From Octopus sinensis (Eukaryota), in NCBI RefSeq assembly GCF_006345805.1, contig NC_043007.1, forward strand, positions 39,370,001 to 39,434,000: DNA of 64,000 nt. The letters are read 5' to 3'. The notes beneath the pieces were generated by a model. That model was not told the DNA's origin and searched no databases. It saw only the letters and a program-made list of their open reading frames with translations. Each line of letters opens with the position of its first letter. Position 1 is the stretch's first letter. Positions 1 to 13,039 of the stretch are shown here, one piece after another. Both the position numbers and the translations under genes were made by a program.

Positions 1-553
1 ATTCAATAGTATTGAACCGAAAATGGTCAAATGTAAACCCATTTTGCAAAATGAAGCATGTCTGCTTCCCAGCCACAGAGTTCCAAGTTCAGTCCCACTG
101 CATGGCACCTTGAGCAAGAGTCTTCTACTGAAGCACCAGGCCAACCAAAGCCTTGGGAGTGGATTTGGTAGATGGAAACTGAAAGAAGCCCATTGTATAA
201 TGTGCATGTGTGTGTGTGTATGCTTGCATGCATGTGTATGTGTGTCTTTTTCTTGGCATGGTGTGATAGTTGTAAATGATTGTCACTGTCATACATGCAG
301 TGTCATTCATTTCCAATATTCTTCAAGCTAAGTGTTACTGAAGGTGTATGGCTTAGTGGTTAAAACCATTTGACTAAGGATCGTAAGGTCGTGGGTTCAA
401 TTCCTGGTGGTACATTGTATTCTTGAGCAAGACCCTTTATTTTGCATTGCTCCAGTTGACTCAGCTGGCAAAAATGAGCAGTGTCTGCATTTCAAAGGGC
501 CAGACTTGTCACATTCTGTGTCATGCTGAATCACTCTGAGGAACTTACATTAA

Positions 554-1599
554 CCCTTTCGTTACTATATTTCTGACCAAAATACACCCCTTATGTGTTT
601 CAATTAATTTCTAACATAATCATAAATTTAGTCTGGTTTCATTAAACAACTATAACTTTTTTATTTATAAATATATTAATGTGATGTTTGGAAGATAATT
701 TAATGAAATGTTCTCAACCAATTCTATACTATAATTTTTGTCACAAAGTGACTCTAATTGCAGGTAGATACAGGTAAATTCAACAAAATATAAAATTATT
801 AAAATTTTGTTCAAACATCGCTATAGAAAATGGGTTATTAGCTAATATTCAATTGGGTATACAACAAAATTTTACGATAGAATTTGTTATTCTGGGTAAC
901 TTTCTGATACCCATAATAATATTTATGGCAAAATAGTCTTAATTTCATTTAAGGTTATGGGAAACCACTAACTATCCTTTCTTTCGCTTTGTTTACATTT
1001 AGCATAACGGTTCGTTTCCGCCGTAATGATTTCAAATAGGCTCATTCGAAAAAGTAAAAAGAAATAGTCTAAGGCTTTACTCTTCTGGGAAAGTCTGTGG
1101 CTTGGTCCAGTTTCTTCAGAAAAATCACCGAAAGAAACAGTTTTTAAATTTTCACTCCATTCAGGTGCCAATTCATTTTCTTTATCGCTGTCGGAGCTCT
1201 CGGATTCACTGTTTTCACTTTCGGAAAATGAAACATCAGATTCATTATCAAATATCACATGCTTTTTTTTTTCAGTCATAGAGTTAGATTTATGAAGGTC
1301 TTCAGTAGAAAATCCTTTGAATTCTGACTCGCTGCTTGATATAATGAAATTTGTATCCATTTTTTGTCAGAATTACAAATTTTGAAAACACCTATTGTTC
1401 ACGGAATTAAAATTACACTTCGATTCTTGTACAAAACTGTAGTTGAACTGTTTACGAAGTATAATACGAATGTACGAATGTACTAAAGAGATTTGCTCTG
1501 ATATTCTCATTTAAATATGAATAGGTAAATACGGGCGGGTTTGGTCACATTAACCAAAATTTTTTTTGGGCGGCTTTGGGCGGTTTGGTAATGAAAGGG
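554..1599 (-). mobile_element. Internally deleted piggyBac transposon
   Basis: TTAA at 550-553 and 1600-1603; TIRs CCCTTTCGTTAC / GTAATGAAAGGG; contains a transposase N-terminal ORF. Confidence 0.9.
968..1360 (-). pseudogene. piggyBac transposase N-terminal fragment (130 aa)
   Basis: Acidic Ser-rich N-terminus, then W...F.EETGP...ALDYFFLLF...LFEIITAETNRYA, typical of piggyBac/PGBD N-termini; no catalytic DDD domain. Confidence 0.85.
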
Positions 1600-2469
1600 T
1601 TAAAGGCACATGTGTCTGTGGAGTGCTCAGCTACTTGCCCATTAATTTCACAAGAAGGCTGTTCCGTTGGTCAGATCAACTGGAACCTTCTTCATCATAA
1701 TCAATGAAGTGCTAGTAAGTGTTAGTGACAAGAAGGGCATCTGGCTATACAAAATCTGTCACAATAAACTCTGACCCATGCAAGCATGGGAAAGTGGACA
1801 TTAAGTGATGATGCACTATAAGAATTTAAGTAATATAGCAAATTTGACAAAGTAGGAATAATGTTTAAGTTAAGGCATGTTAATTAAGCAGTAATTATGT
1901 TGTATTGTCAATTAAGCAGTAAGTTCAGTAGTAACTAATTAACTGTAAATAATGCATTTCTACAGAAGCAAGTAATTTTTTAAAATCCAGAAAATGTTTT
2001 TTTAGGAATGAAACTTAGAGAAGGCTTAGCATTTTATATGAGTGGGAATATGGAGAAGTAGGAAAGGAAAAACCCAAAGCTATGACGTCAACAAACAGGA
2101 AGGAAGTCAGATTCCAGGTCTGCCATGACCAAGTAGTCCTTTTGATCAAAAGACATCTAGGCAAAAAACCAGCATCCTCTTTGTTCAATGGGGTGTTGCA
2201 AACTGGGTAAAGCTCAAGCCTTAAAAGTCCCCTTTTTTATAATTAGAAGTGTGAAAATACATGGCCTAGGAGTTAGGGTGTTGCACTCACATTAATAAGG
2301 CTAAGGATTTTTGATTCATGGACTGGGTTCTGCATTGTGTTCTTGAGCAAAACAATTCATTTTTATATAACTCCAGTCCACTCAGTCGTGAGTTCCATCA
2401 ACAGCTGCGAAGATTACCCTCCGACGTTCAGGCAGCTTATCTAAGGGTGTAAGTGTGAAATGGTTGGCA

Positions 2470-2790
2470 TTAGGATGGGCAACCAGCTGTGAAAACTATT
2501 TCAAAACAGACTTCACCACATGAAAAGCACCCAGTCCACTTCATAAAGTGGATGGCATTAGGAAAGGCATCTAGCCATATAAACCATGCCAAAACAGGCC
2601 TCACTGGTGCTGGTGCCACATGAAAAGTACCTAGTACACTTTGTAAAGTGGTTGGTATTAGGAAGGGCATCCAGCTGTAAAAAACATGCAAAAACAGACA
2701 ACAGAGCTTATTGTCGTCCTCTGGCTTGCTAGTGCCTATCAAACCATCCAACCCATGCCAGGATGGAAGATGGATGTTCAATGATGATTA
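2470..2790 (+). mobile_element. RTE-related short element (family D), degenerate repeated pieces
   Basis: Repeated ggcattaggaagggcatccagc motif and tail ccaacccatgccaggatggaa...gatgat. Confidence 0.7.
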
Positions 2791-4440
2791 TGAAATGATT
2801 AAGGAATACACTGACCACAAAGCAGTTAGGGTGTTGCACTGATAATTGTAAGATTGTGGTATTGATTCACAGAGTGGGTTGTACACTGTGTCCTTAAGCA
2901 AAACACTTCATTTTTACACTAATCCAGTTCATTCAGTTGTGAGTTCCATCCACAGCTGGGAAGACTGTCCTCTGACAGACTACACAAGGTTGAAAATGTA
3001 ATCTCAAGCCACTTATATGCCATGGAAACCAAGTGAAGCACCAATCTCATGACACTTTATGTGACCTTTTTATAATTCAAAGTGTGAAGATGTGTAGCCT
3101 AGAGTGTGGCACATGCAGTTGTAAGATTGGGGTTTTGATTCCAAGACTGGTCAGTATGCTGTGTCCACTCAGCTGTACATATATATAAATGGGATTCTTT
3201 CAGTTTCCATTTACCAAATCCACTCACAAGGTTTTGGTTGACCTGAGGCATTAACAGAATACCAGTGTCTTGAAAACTGGACTTCAATATACTAGTTTTG
3301 GCCAACATCTGTCCAGTGTCAAACCCTAAGTCCTTGGCACAGTCAGGTTAAATATGATGCAATTCTGTCCATCATTCCAAGAATTCAATTTATTCAGCTC
3401 CCATTGTACATCCTTAACATAAACCCAGATTAAAACATCACAATCCAACATGCCCATGGATAGAACAAATATGCATGCTTTAGCCAGGTCCATTGTATAG
3501 TACCAAGATTCTCAAATAATAGTAAGGATTTTGTTATAAGTGCTCAACACCCTTTCAAGTATGGGATAAATGGATAAGTGAAATCCATGCCTAAGGTGCC
3601 ATGCAGTGAGATTGAACATGAAACCATGTTGTTAAAAATATGAGTCATATAATTTTCCTGAACAGGAAAAACAAGAGAAAACTTGGAAAGGCAATTTGGC
3701 TACTTTTTTCTATAAATACTTCTGATGTCTTGGTGTTTAGAGAGGGGTTGTAACAATATAATAGCGAAAACATGACCAGTGTTAGAAACTCACTTTTGAT
3801 CTCAAGGAGAGAAAGAAGACCACTCTAGACATTACAGAAATATTTCAAATAAGGAGTGGATAAGGAGCTTAAAAACATGACAGAAGTTATATCATCATCA
3901 TCATTGTTTTAATATCTCCATTTTCTATGCTTACATGGGTCAGATGGAGTTTATGGCAGATTTTTTGTGGTCAATGCCATTCCTGTTGGCAACCCCCACC
4001 TGTTTCCAAGCAAAGTAATATTTTCCCATGGCTGGACTTGATTTTGCAGAATATTAAAAATTAACGACACTGCTTGTATGACAGTAACGTTCATTTATAA
4101 TGATCACACAATCTCAAAACAAGGACACACACACACACACATACACAATGGGTTTTTTCAGTTTCCATCTACCAAATCCACATACAAAGTGTTGGCCAGC
4201 CTAGGGCTATAGTACAAGACACTCGCACAAGGTGCAACACAGTGGGACTGAAACCTAAAACTTCTCAACTACACAGTGTTTCACTGGTACTTAATTTATT
4301 GACCCTGAAAGGATGAATGTCAAAGTCAACCTCAGCAGGATTTGAACTCAGAACATAGTGATGGGCGAAATACCCATTTTGTCCAGTGTGCTAACAATTC
4401 TGCAAGCTAGCTGCCTTAATAATAATAATAATAATAATTA

Positions 4441-4820
4441 CTCTTTTACTCTTTTACTTGTTTCAGTCATTTGACTGCAGCCATGTTGGAGCACCGCCTT
4501 TAGTCGAGCAAATCGACCCCAGGACTTATTCTATCGGTCTCTTTTGCCGAACCGCTAAGTGACGGGGATGTAAACACACCAGCATCGGTTGTCAAGCAAT
4601 GCTAGGGGGACAAACACAGACACACAAACACACACATACATATATATATATACACATATATACGACAGTCTTCTTTCAGTTTCCGTCTCCCAAATCCACT
4701 CACAAGGCATTGGTCGGCCCGGGGCTATAGCAGAAGACACTTGCCCAAGATGCCACGCAGTGGGACTGAACCCGGAACCATGTGGTTGGTTAGCAAGCTA
4801 CTTACCACACAGCCACTCCT
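4441..4820 (-). mobile_element. Full-length family A SINE (tRNA head, internal microsatellite, conserved tail)
   Basis: Reverse complement matches the full copy at 49615-50004; flanked by (AAT)n. Confidence 0.9.
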
Positions 4821-4843
4821 AATAATAATAATAATTAACAATG

Positions 4844-4881
<38 letters not shown>

Positions 4882-4884
4882 CCT

Positions 4885-5430
4885 GCAAACTGGTAAGGAT
4901 ACCTTCTTGAGCTAGTTGTTGAGGACAAAATGTCATCATCCCCTGGGATTTTCCAGTCAACTGACATAATGATCCAGGCTAATGAATGAGACATAATTAT
5001 TAGAGGCTGGGAAGAAAATACTTGCAGACTAATAGATATAAGTTTCCCACTGATAAAAATATATCTGTAAGGGAATTTGTCAAACTTAGTAAATATAAAG
5101 ACCTGCAAATTGAAATTAAAACTGTCCCGATTATTGTAGATGCTCTTGGTATAAAAAAAAAATGGATGCCCGAAATATCTAGGTAACATCTTGGAAGAAC
5201 CATATCACAAGGAAATGCAAAAGATTGTGCTGACAATACTATAAACATCCTTAGAAAAACCCTATCAATTTAGATATTTGTGTTGCATTATATGAAGGTA
5301 TCTCTGAACTGCCCTCCCCAAGCTTTGAGTCATATTTCAACAGCTCTTAACCTTCACTTGTCCTAGGGTGTTGGATGTGCCTTGGCAAGTGATTGCATCA
5401 GACATACAGATTAAAAGAAAATACTAATAA
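4885..5430 (+). mobile_element. 3' fragment of an R4/Dong-like (RLE-type) non-LTR retrotransposon
   Basis: Frameshifted WDFPV.TD.MIQAN..DIIIR..EENTCRLIDIS.PTDKNISVREFVKLSKYKDLQIEI...VPIIVDALG...ILRKTLS, the PD-(D/E)xK restriction-like endonuclease tail. Confidence 0.8.
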
Positions 5431-7099
5431 CTTTCATAATTTTGACTGAAGGTCAGCAGTTAGTCAATACAATCCATCTCAGTGTTTTGAAAAAACCAAC
5501 CCTTACCTGTTTCCAAGCACAAAAGGATTTCTCTCATTGCTAGACATGTTTTTCACAGAAGACTAGCAACAAGCAGCATTGCTTGTATGATAGTGATGCT
5601 CATTTACGACCATCACTTGATCTCAAGACAAACTTAGACACGGACACACTGACACACATATACACCAATTTAGTTTTGTCCTTTTGCATTCAGAGTTCAA
5701 ATTCTTTTCCTCTTAACAGGAATTGATAAAATAAATACCAAATACTAGGGTCAATGAAAGAAATACTACTGTCGCTATGGCTGTATCCTCCTCCTATCCC
5801 ACTTCCCCACAACACCCACAGTCATGTGCCTATGTTAGAAATAATTGTTATTTAACATAAAGAGCAGAAACAGTAACTATTGACTTGTAAAAGCCTCCTT
5901 GCAATAGTGTGGTGGGGATGTTCAGCTTGTGAACTTTGGTAGTTTGGTAACTAAGCAACAATCAAGGGATAAGCTTCAATATACTGGACAGCCCTGGGTG
6001 GAAGGAACTACATGAAAGGGTTAAGCAACAAGGGGACATAGTAGGAATAATGAGACATGGAAGACTAACTGCTTTAGGCAGTCTGGGACAATAACGGTAA
6101 CTTTAACAGTGATAGGAGGGACAGCGGTCCTTTGCTGTGTTATCTTCAGTTGAGTTCACTATAGTGCTAACATTCAGGCCAAACACCTTGGTTCCTGCCC
6201 TTCACTCATTGTTTAGGTTGGGTCATGTCAGTCTGACTAGTCTAGAAGAAACACCAAATATAATGGGCATCGTTTCTCTTCCACTAATTAATTCTTCATC
6301 ATCCATTAATGTTCGTGTTCAATGCTGGAATAGGTTAGATGATTCGACAGGATCCAACGAGGGCTATGTTGAGCTCCAATGTCTGCTTTGGCATGATATC
6401 TACTGCTTGATGCCCTTCATAATGCCAACTACTTTACAGCATATACTGGGTGTTTTTTCATGGCAGTGGCACTAGTGAGATCACCAAGTAACTTGCAAGA
6501 CAAGACCCCCCTCAACAAAACGGGGGTGCAATATTGAGTGAGGTGGCTTTGCACCAGGTGTTAAGAAGCCAATGTATTTTATAGGACAGGAGCAGGTGTC
6601 TTGCTGTAAAGGAGATATTTGGTTGCCCAAACTGGAAAGGGAGAAAGGATGGTAGAGACAAGATATCAGGGTGTACCTTCACGGTACCAAAAGGTGAATA
6701 AAGAGAGAAGAGGGACAGAGAATCAAGGTTAGCTGGGTGGGTAAGAAAGTTCACGAGTGTCAAGAAGAGTGACAGATGAGTAGAAATGGGGATAGAAGTG
6801 AATGTGGTGAATGGTGAACATGGGTGAAAATGTAATCAATGGTGAATGTAAGGAAAATAGGAATGGCTCAGGGAGGATTTCAAACTCACTAAAATTCTTA
6901 CATTGCCCCTCTGTGAAGTGGCTGGCATTAGGAAAGGCATCCAGTGGTAGAAACCATGCCAAAACGGACATGGAGCCTGAACAGTCCTTCAGCTGGTCAG
7001 CTTCTGTCGAACTGTCTAACCCATGTTAGCATAGAAAACAGGCATTAAATGAATGATGATGCCATGTACCTCACTTCATACTAGATTCGCAGTGTTTCA

Positions 7100-7420
7100 T
7101 AATCCCAAGGAATGACTGGCACTCCGTTTGTTACAACAAGTGTTCCAGTTGATCTGATCAATGGAATGGCCTGTGCAAGTGGCTGAGCACTCCACAGACA
7201 TGCAGACACACAATGCAGTTTCCAGGGAGATTCAGTATGACACAGAATATGACAAGGCTGGCTCCCTTTGAATTACACATACTACTCATTTTTGCCACCT
7301 GAATGGACTGGAACAATATGAAATAAGGCCCCTTGCTCAAGGATATAATGCATCGCTGGGAATTGAACCCATGGTCTTACGATCATGAGCCAAATACCCT
7401 AACTACCAAGCCACATGCCT
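7100..7420 (-). mobile_element. CORE-like SINE copy
   Basis: Reverse complement of the head/core/tail seen at 345-1720. Confidence 0.75.
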
Positions 7421-8264
7421 TCTCATTATTCCAAGGAATGATATTCATTAATTTCATCCACACCTTTAATTTAAATGATATTAAGTCTCATTTGCAGCAC
7501 TTGCCAGAGGGAGTGTTTGTCCAGGATAGGACTACACAGCCACGCAGGAGATGTATTAGGACATGAAATGTAAAAGCCGGACTAGATTATTTTATGCGCA
7601 ACTCCATTGTCTCCTGAGACAAAAAGCATGCCAACAACATATCAAGTCTCATAAAATATGGGGAAAAATAAGTGCTTTGTGTTTTTTTTTTATCTTTCTT
7701 TCCAGTAGTATATATCCCCACCTGTCAAGTGATAGGCTGGGGCTTGATTCCCTGCCAGGGAAGCTTCCTGAATTTTTTTTTAAAGATGCAGGTGTGGCTG
7801 TGTGGTAAGAAGCCTGCTTCCCAACCACATGGTTCAGGATTCAACCCTACTGCATGTCACCTTGGGTCAAGTGTTTTCTATCCCTCCAGCTTGACCAAAT
7901 CCTTGTGAGTAAATCTGGTAACAGAAACTGTAAGAAGCCCGTTGTATAGATATATATATATGGTTGCCTCTCCTGTCATTACATGCCATATGAGGGTGCG
8001 ACAATTTCTTCCTGAACAACTTCATGGATGATTTGTTTATATTGATCAAATGTTTGTGCCTCCATCAGATTGACATTACCTGTACAGGTGCAACGGGTGC
8101 CACATGTCAGATGTCGAAATGATTGCAGAGCAACGTGAAATGAAGTGCTTTGCTCAGGAACACAATACAACGCCCTGTCTCAGAATCGAACCTACAATCT
8201 TGCAATCGTGAGTGCAACATACTAACCACTTAGCCATGCAACTTTAGGTAGACAGATAGATGCA

Positions 8265-8401
8265 GACATGGCTATGTGGTAAGAAGCTTGCTTCCAAACT
8301 ACATGGCACCTTGGGCAAGTGTCTTCTATGATAGCCTTGGGCCAACCAAAGCCTTGTGAGTGGATTTGGTAGACAGAAACTGAAAGAAGCTCGTCGTATA
8401 A

Positions 8402-8441
<40 letters not shown>

Positions 8442-8935
8442 TGCTGAGACCCCCTTCGATCATGACTGACCATGGGATTTCATTTCACCTAGAAAGTTAC
8501 CCTCCCAGGCACAAGTCCGGGCAAGTCTGTTTATGGAAGACTAAAATCAAATGGGGTGATTATAATCAAAATAAGCAACTTGGATATCCTTGTTGCTTAT
8601 TTTGATTATAATCACCCCATTTGATTTATATGGATAATAGCATACAAAACTCTGGTGCCTTTAACTTAAGTACCATATCCATCTGAATCTAAATTTTGAA
8701 CTTATATATATATATATATATATGTATGTGCGTGTGTGTGTCTTAGTGTCTGTGTTTGTCCCCCCACTATTGCTTGACAATCGATGTTGGTGTGTTTAAG
8801 ACTCCGAAACTTAACGGTTCGGCAAAAGAGACCGATAGAATAAGTACTAGGCTTACAAAGAATGAGTCCTGGGATCGGTTTCTGCTACTAAAAACCCTTT
8901 AAGACAATGCTCCAGTATGGCCGCAGTCAAATGAC
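8265..8935 (+). mobile_element. Family A SINE whose internal (TA)n hosts a secondary insertion (about 8439-8700)
   Basis: Head 8265-8400, (TA)n, insert, (TA)n, tail 8723-8935. Confidence 0.8.
8543..8628. repeat. Perfect 37-bp inverted repeat (fold-back)
   Basis: Arms 8543-8579 and 8592-8628; loop ttggatatcctt. Confidence 0.95.
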
Positions 8936-9493
8936 TATATATATATCTATAGCGTGTGTGTGTGCGCGCGCTCACGCTCCTTTTTTTTTTGTTTGTTTAT
9001 ATTCCGCCATCCCTTGATACCTGGTGCTAGTTGGTCCACGTTTCCGTAATAGCGGCTCAGCAAAACAACGATAGAAGCAGTAGCAAGCTTTAAAAGAAAA
9101 AGTACTCGAGTCGATTCGTTCGACTAAATTCCGTTAAGGCGGTGCCCCAGCATGGCCACGATCCAGTAGCCGAAACAAGTCAAAGATAAAATATCCCGTC
9201 AGATGAGTGAAGAAGCGCCAACCGTCTTGATTGACCAACAACCGAGCAACGAACGAATACCCTTCATCACTAATCAACACCAGCCTCACCTGTTACCAAG
9301 TTTATTTTCGATAACTTATCTCCCTTTAACCTTGACTAGATAGAGACATAGGATAGAAAGAGGGGGGGAGAGACAGAAAGAAAGAGAGAAAGATAGAGAC
9401 GGGGAAGAACGAGACGGTTATCAATACACTTTTCGGTATGTCGTAAGAGTTTGCATGGCAAGTTTCTTGTGCTACAATGATGATAATAAATAA

Positions 9494-9906
9494 GGCGATG
9501 AGCTAGCTGGCAGAAACGTTAGCAAGCCGGGCGAAATGCTTAGCGGTATTTCGTCTGTCGCTACGTTCTGAGTTCAAATCCCGCCGAGGTCGACTTTGCC
9601 TTTCATCCTTTCGGGGTCGATAAATTAAGTACCAGTTGCGTACTGGGGTCGATATAATCGATAATCGATTTAATCCGTTTGTCTGTTCTTGTTTGTCCCC
9701 TCTGTGTTTAGTCCCTTGTGGGTAATAAAGAAATAGGTATTTCGTCTGTCGCTACATTCTGAGTTCAAATCCCGCCGAGGTCGACTTTGCCTTTCATCCT
9801 TTCGGGGTCGATAAATTAAGTACCAGTTACGCACTGGGGTCGATGTAAACGACTTAATCCCTTTGTCTGTACTTTGTTTGTCCCCTTGTGGGTAGTAAAG
9901 AAACAG
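9494..9906 (+). mobile_element. Family B SINE (Meta/MESC-like domain), dimeric body
   Basis: Head ggcga..gctggcaga; body gactttgcctttcatcctttcggggtcgataaattaagtacc present twice (9546-9736, 9737-9906). Meta-domain resemblance is from memory. Confidence 0.85.
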
Positions 9907-10891
9907 ATAATAATTATCATTATTATCACCACCACTACTACTACTACTACTAATAATAATAATGATAATGATGATGATGATAATAATAAGGTGGCGAGCT
10001 CGCAAAATTAAGAGCATCGGACAAAATACATAGAAATCTTTTTTTTTTTTTTCAACTCTTCCTAAGTTCAAATACCGCTGAGGTTAACTTAGCCTTTGGT
10101 CCTTTCGGATATCGATAAAACAAGTACTACTTGAACGCTTGAGGGTGTATGTCTGTGTGTGCGTGTATGGGGGGGGGGAGTCCGATGTAATCGACTTTCT
10201 CCTTCCCTGAAAACTGCTGGCCTTGTGTCAAAAATGTGAAACAATTAGTATTATTATTTATAAACAATAGCGATGTCCATGCCACGAAATTTCAAACAAA
10301 ACGGGCCGGTTCGCAATTTACTATCATCAACATACATGCAACTACATACTTGATTGCACGCACACATCATTATATTTCTTGACATGACATGGCATTTTAT
10401 ACACTAAACATATCCATTTGATTTATTGTTTGATTTTATTGTAATTTTTTGTGGTGTAACAGTTCAAAGTAAAACATTACGAAACAACTATAACAACAAC
10501 AACAAAAGCGAAGTCAACACGAGATAATATTTCGTGTCATATTCATCATCATCATCATCATCGTGTTAAATTATTATCAAAATTCATTATCATGATTAAC
10601 TTCGTCAGATTGTAGGTTCACCGAATTTAACAAGCTCGATTAGATATGAAAAGGAATGCACGTGTAAGAATCAGTCTAGGGAGGTCAAGATGACGTCACG
10701 CATCGATTACATAATTAGATCGAATCGCACATACACATACACACACACACGTAGGAAACTTAAGAAATGACAAGAGAACAAATTGATAGTGAAATTCGTG
10801 TACCCTTGTCATGTTCTTTATTCTGAAAAGCGTGTTATATCGAGTTCTAGCGGCAAGTCATTAGCATTGCTATGCCGAAGCGAAATCAAAT

Positions 10892-10934
<43 letters not shown>

Positions 10935-11112
10935 ATTTGAGAACATAATCTTTTGTGGAGAATGGCGATTTGACGTCTATATCTAGCATGTTGACAGTCC
11001 ACTTTTCGTGTTCAGTCCTTAATTGGTATATATAAATATTTTAATCTTCGGATTCTTTTTTTAATATGCTAGACCACTGGTTTTAATTGATAAATATCAA
11101 TTTCTACCCTTA

Positions 11113-11157
<45 letters not shown>

Positions 11158-11399
11158 ATAAGATTGTTAATTTAAATTAAATAACGATCTTATCTTATCA
11201 AGTGACCAGCATGGAAATAAAAACCTTCAAAGGTAATAATTATTCCGGGATCTGGAATTATCCAGTAATTTTTTACTAGTTTTATTTTGTCTTTTTGCCT
11301 TCTCTCCGTGTGCTATATGAACACTTAATGTGGTCTTAGAGTCAGATCCTGGCTGCTATTTTCAGCATGGCGGTATCTCGTAGATACCCTAAGTTATAA

Positions 11400-11442
<43 letters not shown>

Positions 11443-11492
11443 CGAAGACAGTAAACGCAATATAAGACCAAACAAGAAAAACTCAGTCGTCA

Positions 11493-11604
11493 CTAACTGT
11501 GACTGAAGGTGCCGGGTAGCAGCTATATTGCTAGAAATAGGAGTTTAAAAAAATTCTTATTTCTAGCAATATAGGTGCTGCTCGGCACCCTCAGTCACAA
11601 TTAG
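11493..11604. repeat. Imperfect approx. 50-bp inverted repeat in a (TA)n-flanked element
   Basis: ctaactgtgactgaaggtgccg...gctagaaatagga pairs with tcttatttctagc...cggcaccctcagtcacaattag. Confidence 0.85.
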
Positions 11605-11733
11605 ACATTTGTGTGTATATATGGAAGAAAGTGGGATACATGGCTGTTTTGAACGATGATATATTACACTCACACACTATGCTGTCATCTTTATATGCGT
11701 GATTGTTTTGGGTTGGGTTGGGGGGGGGCGATC

Positions 11734-11888
11734 CTTCGGTATAGGTACCGTAAGTGGCTTTGTTTACATTTCTGAAGATAACAGAAACCCTTTTCTCCTA
11801 ACCCTAACACAAACCCTAACCCCCTATATATATATAAAAGAGACACTTTCTTGAAATGTATCTGGTACTTCCAGTACCTATACCGAAG
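11734..11888. mobile_element. MITE-like element with 15-bp inverted repeats and internal CCCTAA-like repeats
   Basis: cttcggtataggtac / gtacctataccgaag; cctaaccctaacacaaaccctaaccc at 11797-11824. Confidence 0.65.
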
Positions 11889-11895
11889 TTACGCC

Positions 11896-11928
<33 letters not shown>

Positions 11929-12996
11929 CCAGTGGGGTAGCATCATTCGAATGCTACAACAGTGCAATGCAGCGTATTGTAACCACCAGTGATAACAACA
12001 ACATCCGATAGACTGGGCAATATAGGATAAGGTCTAGTGACACACTGTCATCACACCTCCACGTAGTTCGTACACGTAGTGCCAGTCAAATAATTTCAGA
12101 AAGTACTATTCCTTTGGTGCGCAGTAAATCCCTAATTTACTGGGTTCATAACAAGGTGTCTACTATAAGCTTAACCAATACAATCTCCCACCTTGTCTCT
12201 GCTACATAAACCCCTATTAGACGTCTACATCCACCGTACGGTATGACGTGTCCCAGCACCGACCATTTCATTCAATAGCTAATTTTACTATCGTTCAAAT
12301 TATGGATATATTCAGCTACTGAAGCAAAAATCCTAAATCTTTAGTTGAAGCAGGAGTTATGCGTAGAAATGTTGTTTCACATGGTTAACTGAGATGCCTA
12401 CATAATATTTACTACTGTTGTGTCAAAACCTCTCTGCATTTATCCATATGTCCCGGTTTTGTCAACGAAAGAGATAGAGTACGTTATACAGGTTATAGAG
12501 CGTAAAAATTAGACTAAATTATTCTTTTTATTTCACTACGCCACATTCTTCATGTGGGATGTATGTGTAGAATTTAAATTAGTCCGCGTAAATACAGACA
12601 ACACTATTTTAATGACCTTTCGTAATCAATTATTGAAGATCTTTCGTTTATAAACATTATGCAATATATATATGCATGCATCTATGTAAATACACACAGA
12701 TGTTGGTTATTTACAATAACACTGAAGATAAACCACATATTATTATTTAATATTTATAAACGGAAGTAAAGATATTCAACAATCGATTCTGAAAGGTCAC
12801 TTCCAGGTGACACATTTCACAAAGTGGAGTCTGACAAGCCAAAGGTAAACTATACAACGGGGCTATACATACATGTAAGACACACATAATAACACGTTGT
12901 GACCTTTCATGCAATAATAATAATAATTATTATTATTATTATATATATAATGCTTCTCGGCCCAACGGGCCAAGCTTAATATATCATAATTATTAT

Positions 12997-13039
<43 letters not shown>

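Larger units (their letters stand above)
345..1720 (+). mobile_element. tRNA-headed CORE-like SINE, split by a piggyBac insertion (345-553 and 1600-1720)
   Basis: Head tggcttagtggtt...ggttcaattcc, then cttgagcaagac...ctcagctggcaaaaatgag. The tail resumes after 1603 with the same sequence as the tails at 33832 and 58445. Confidence 0.8.

Noticed and set aside
7979-8170. Protein-like MEAQTFDQYKQIIHEVVQEEIVAPSYGM
   Set aside because: Overlaps a SINE end and a mariner-type terminus (tatgagggtgcgacaa).
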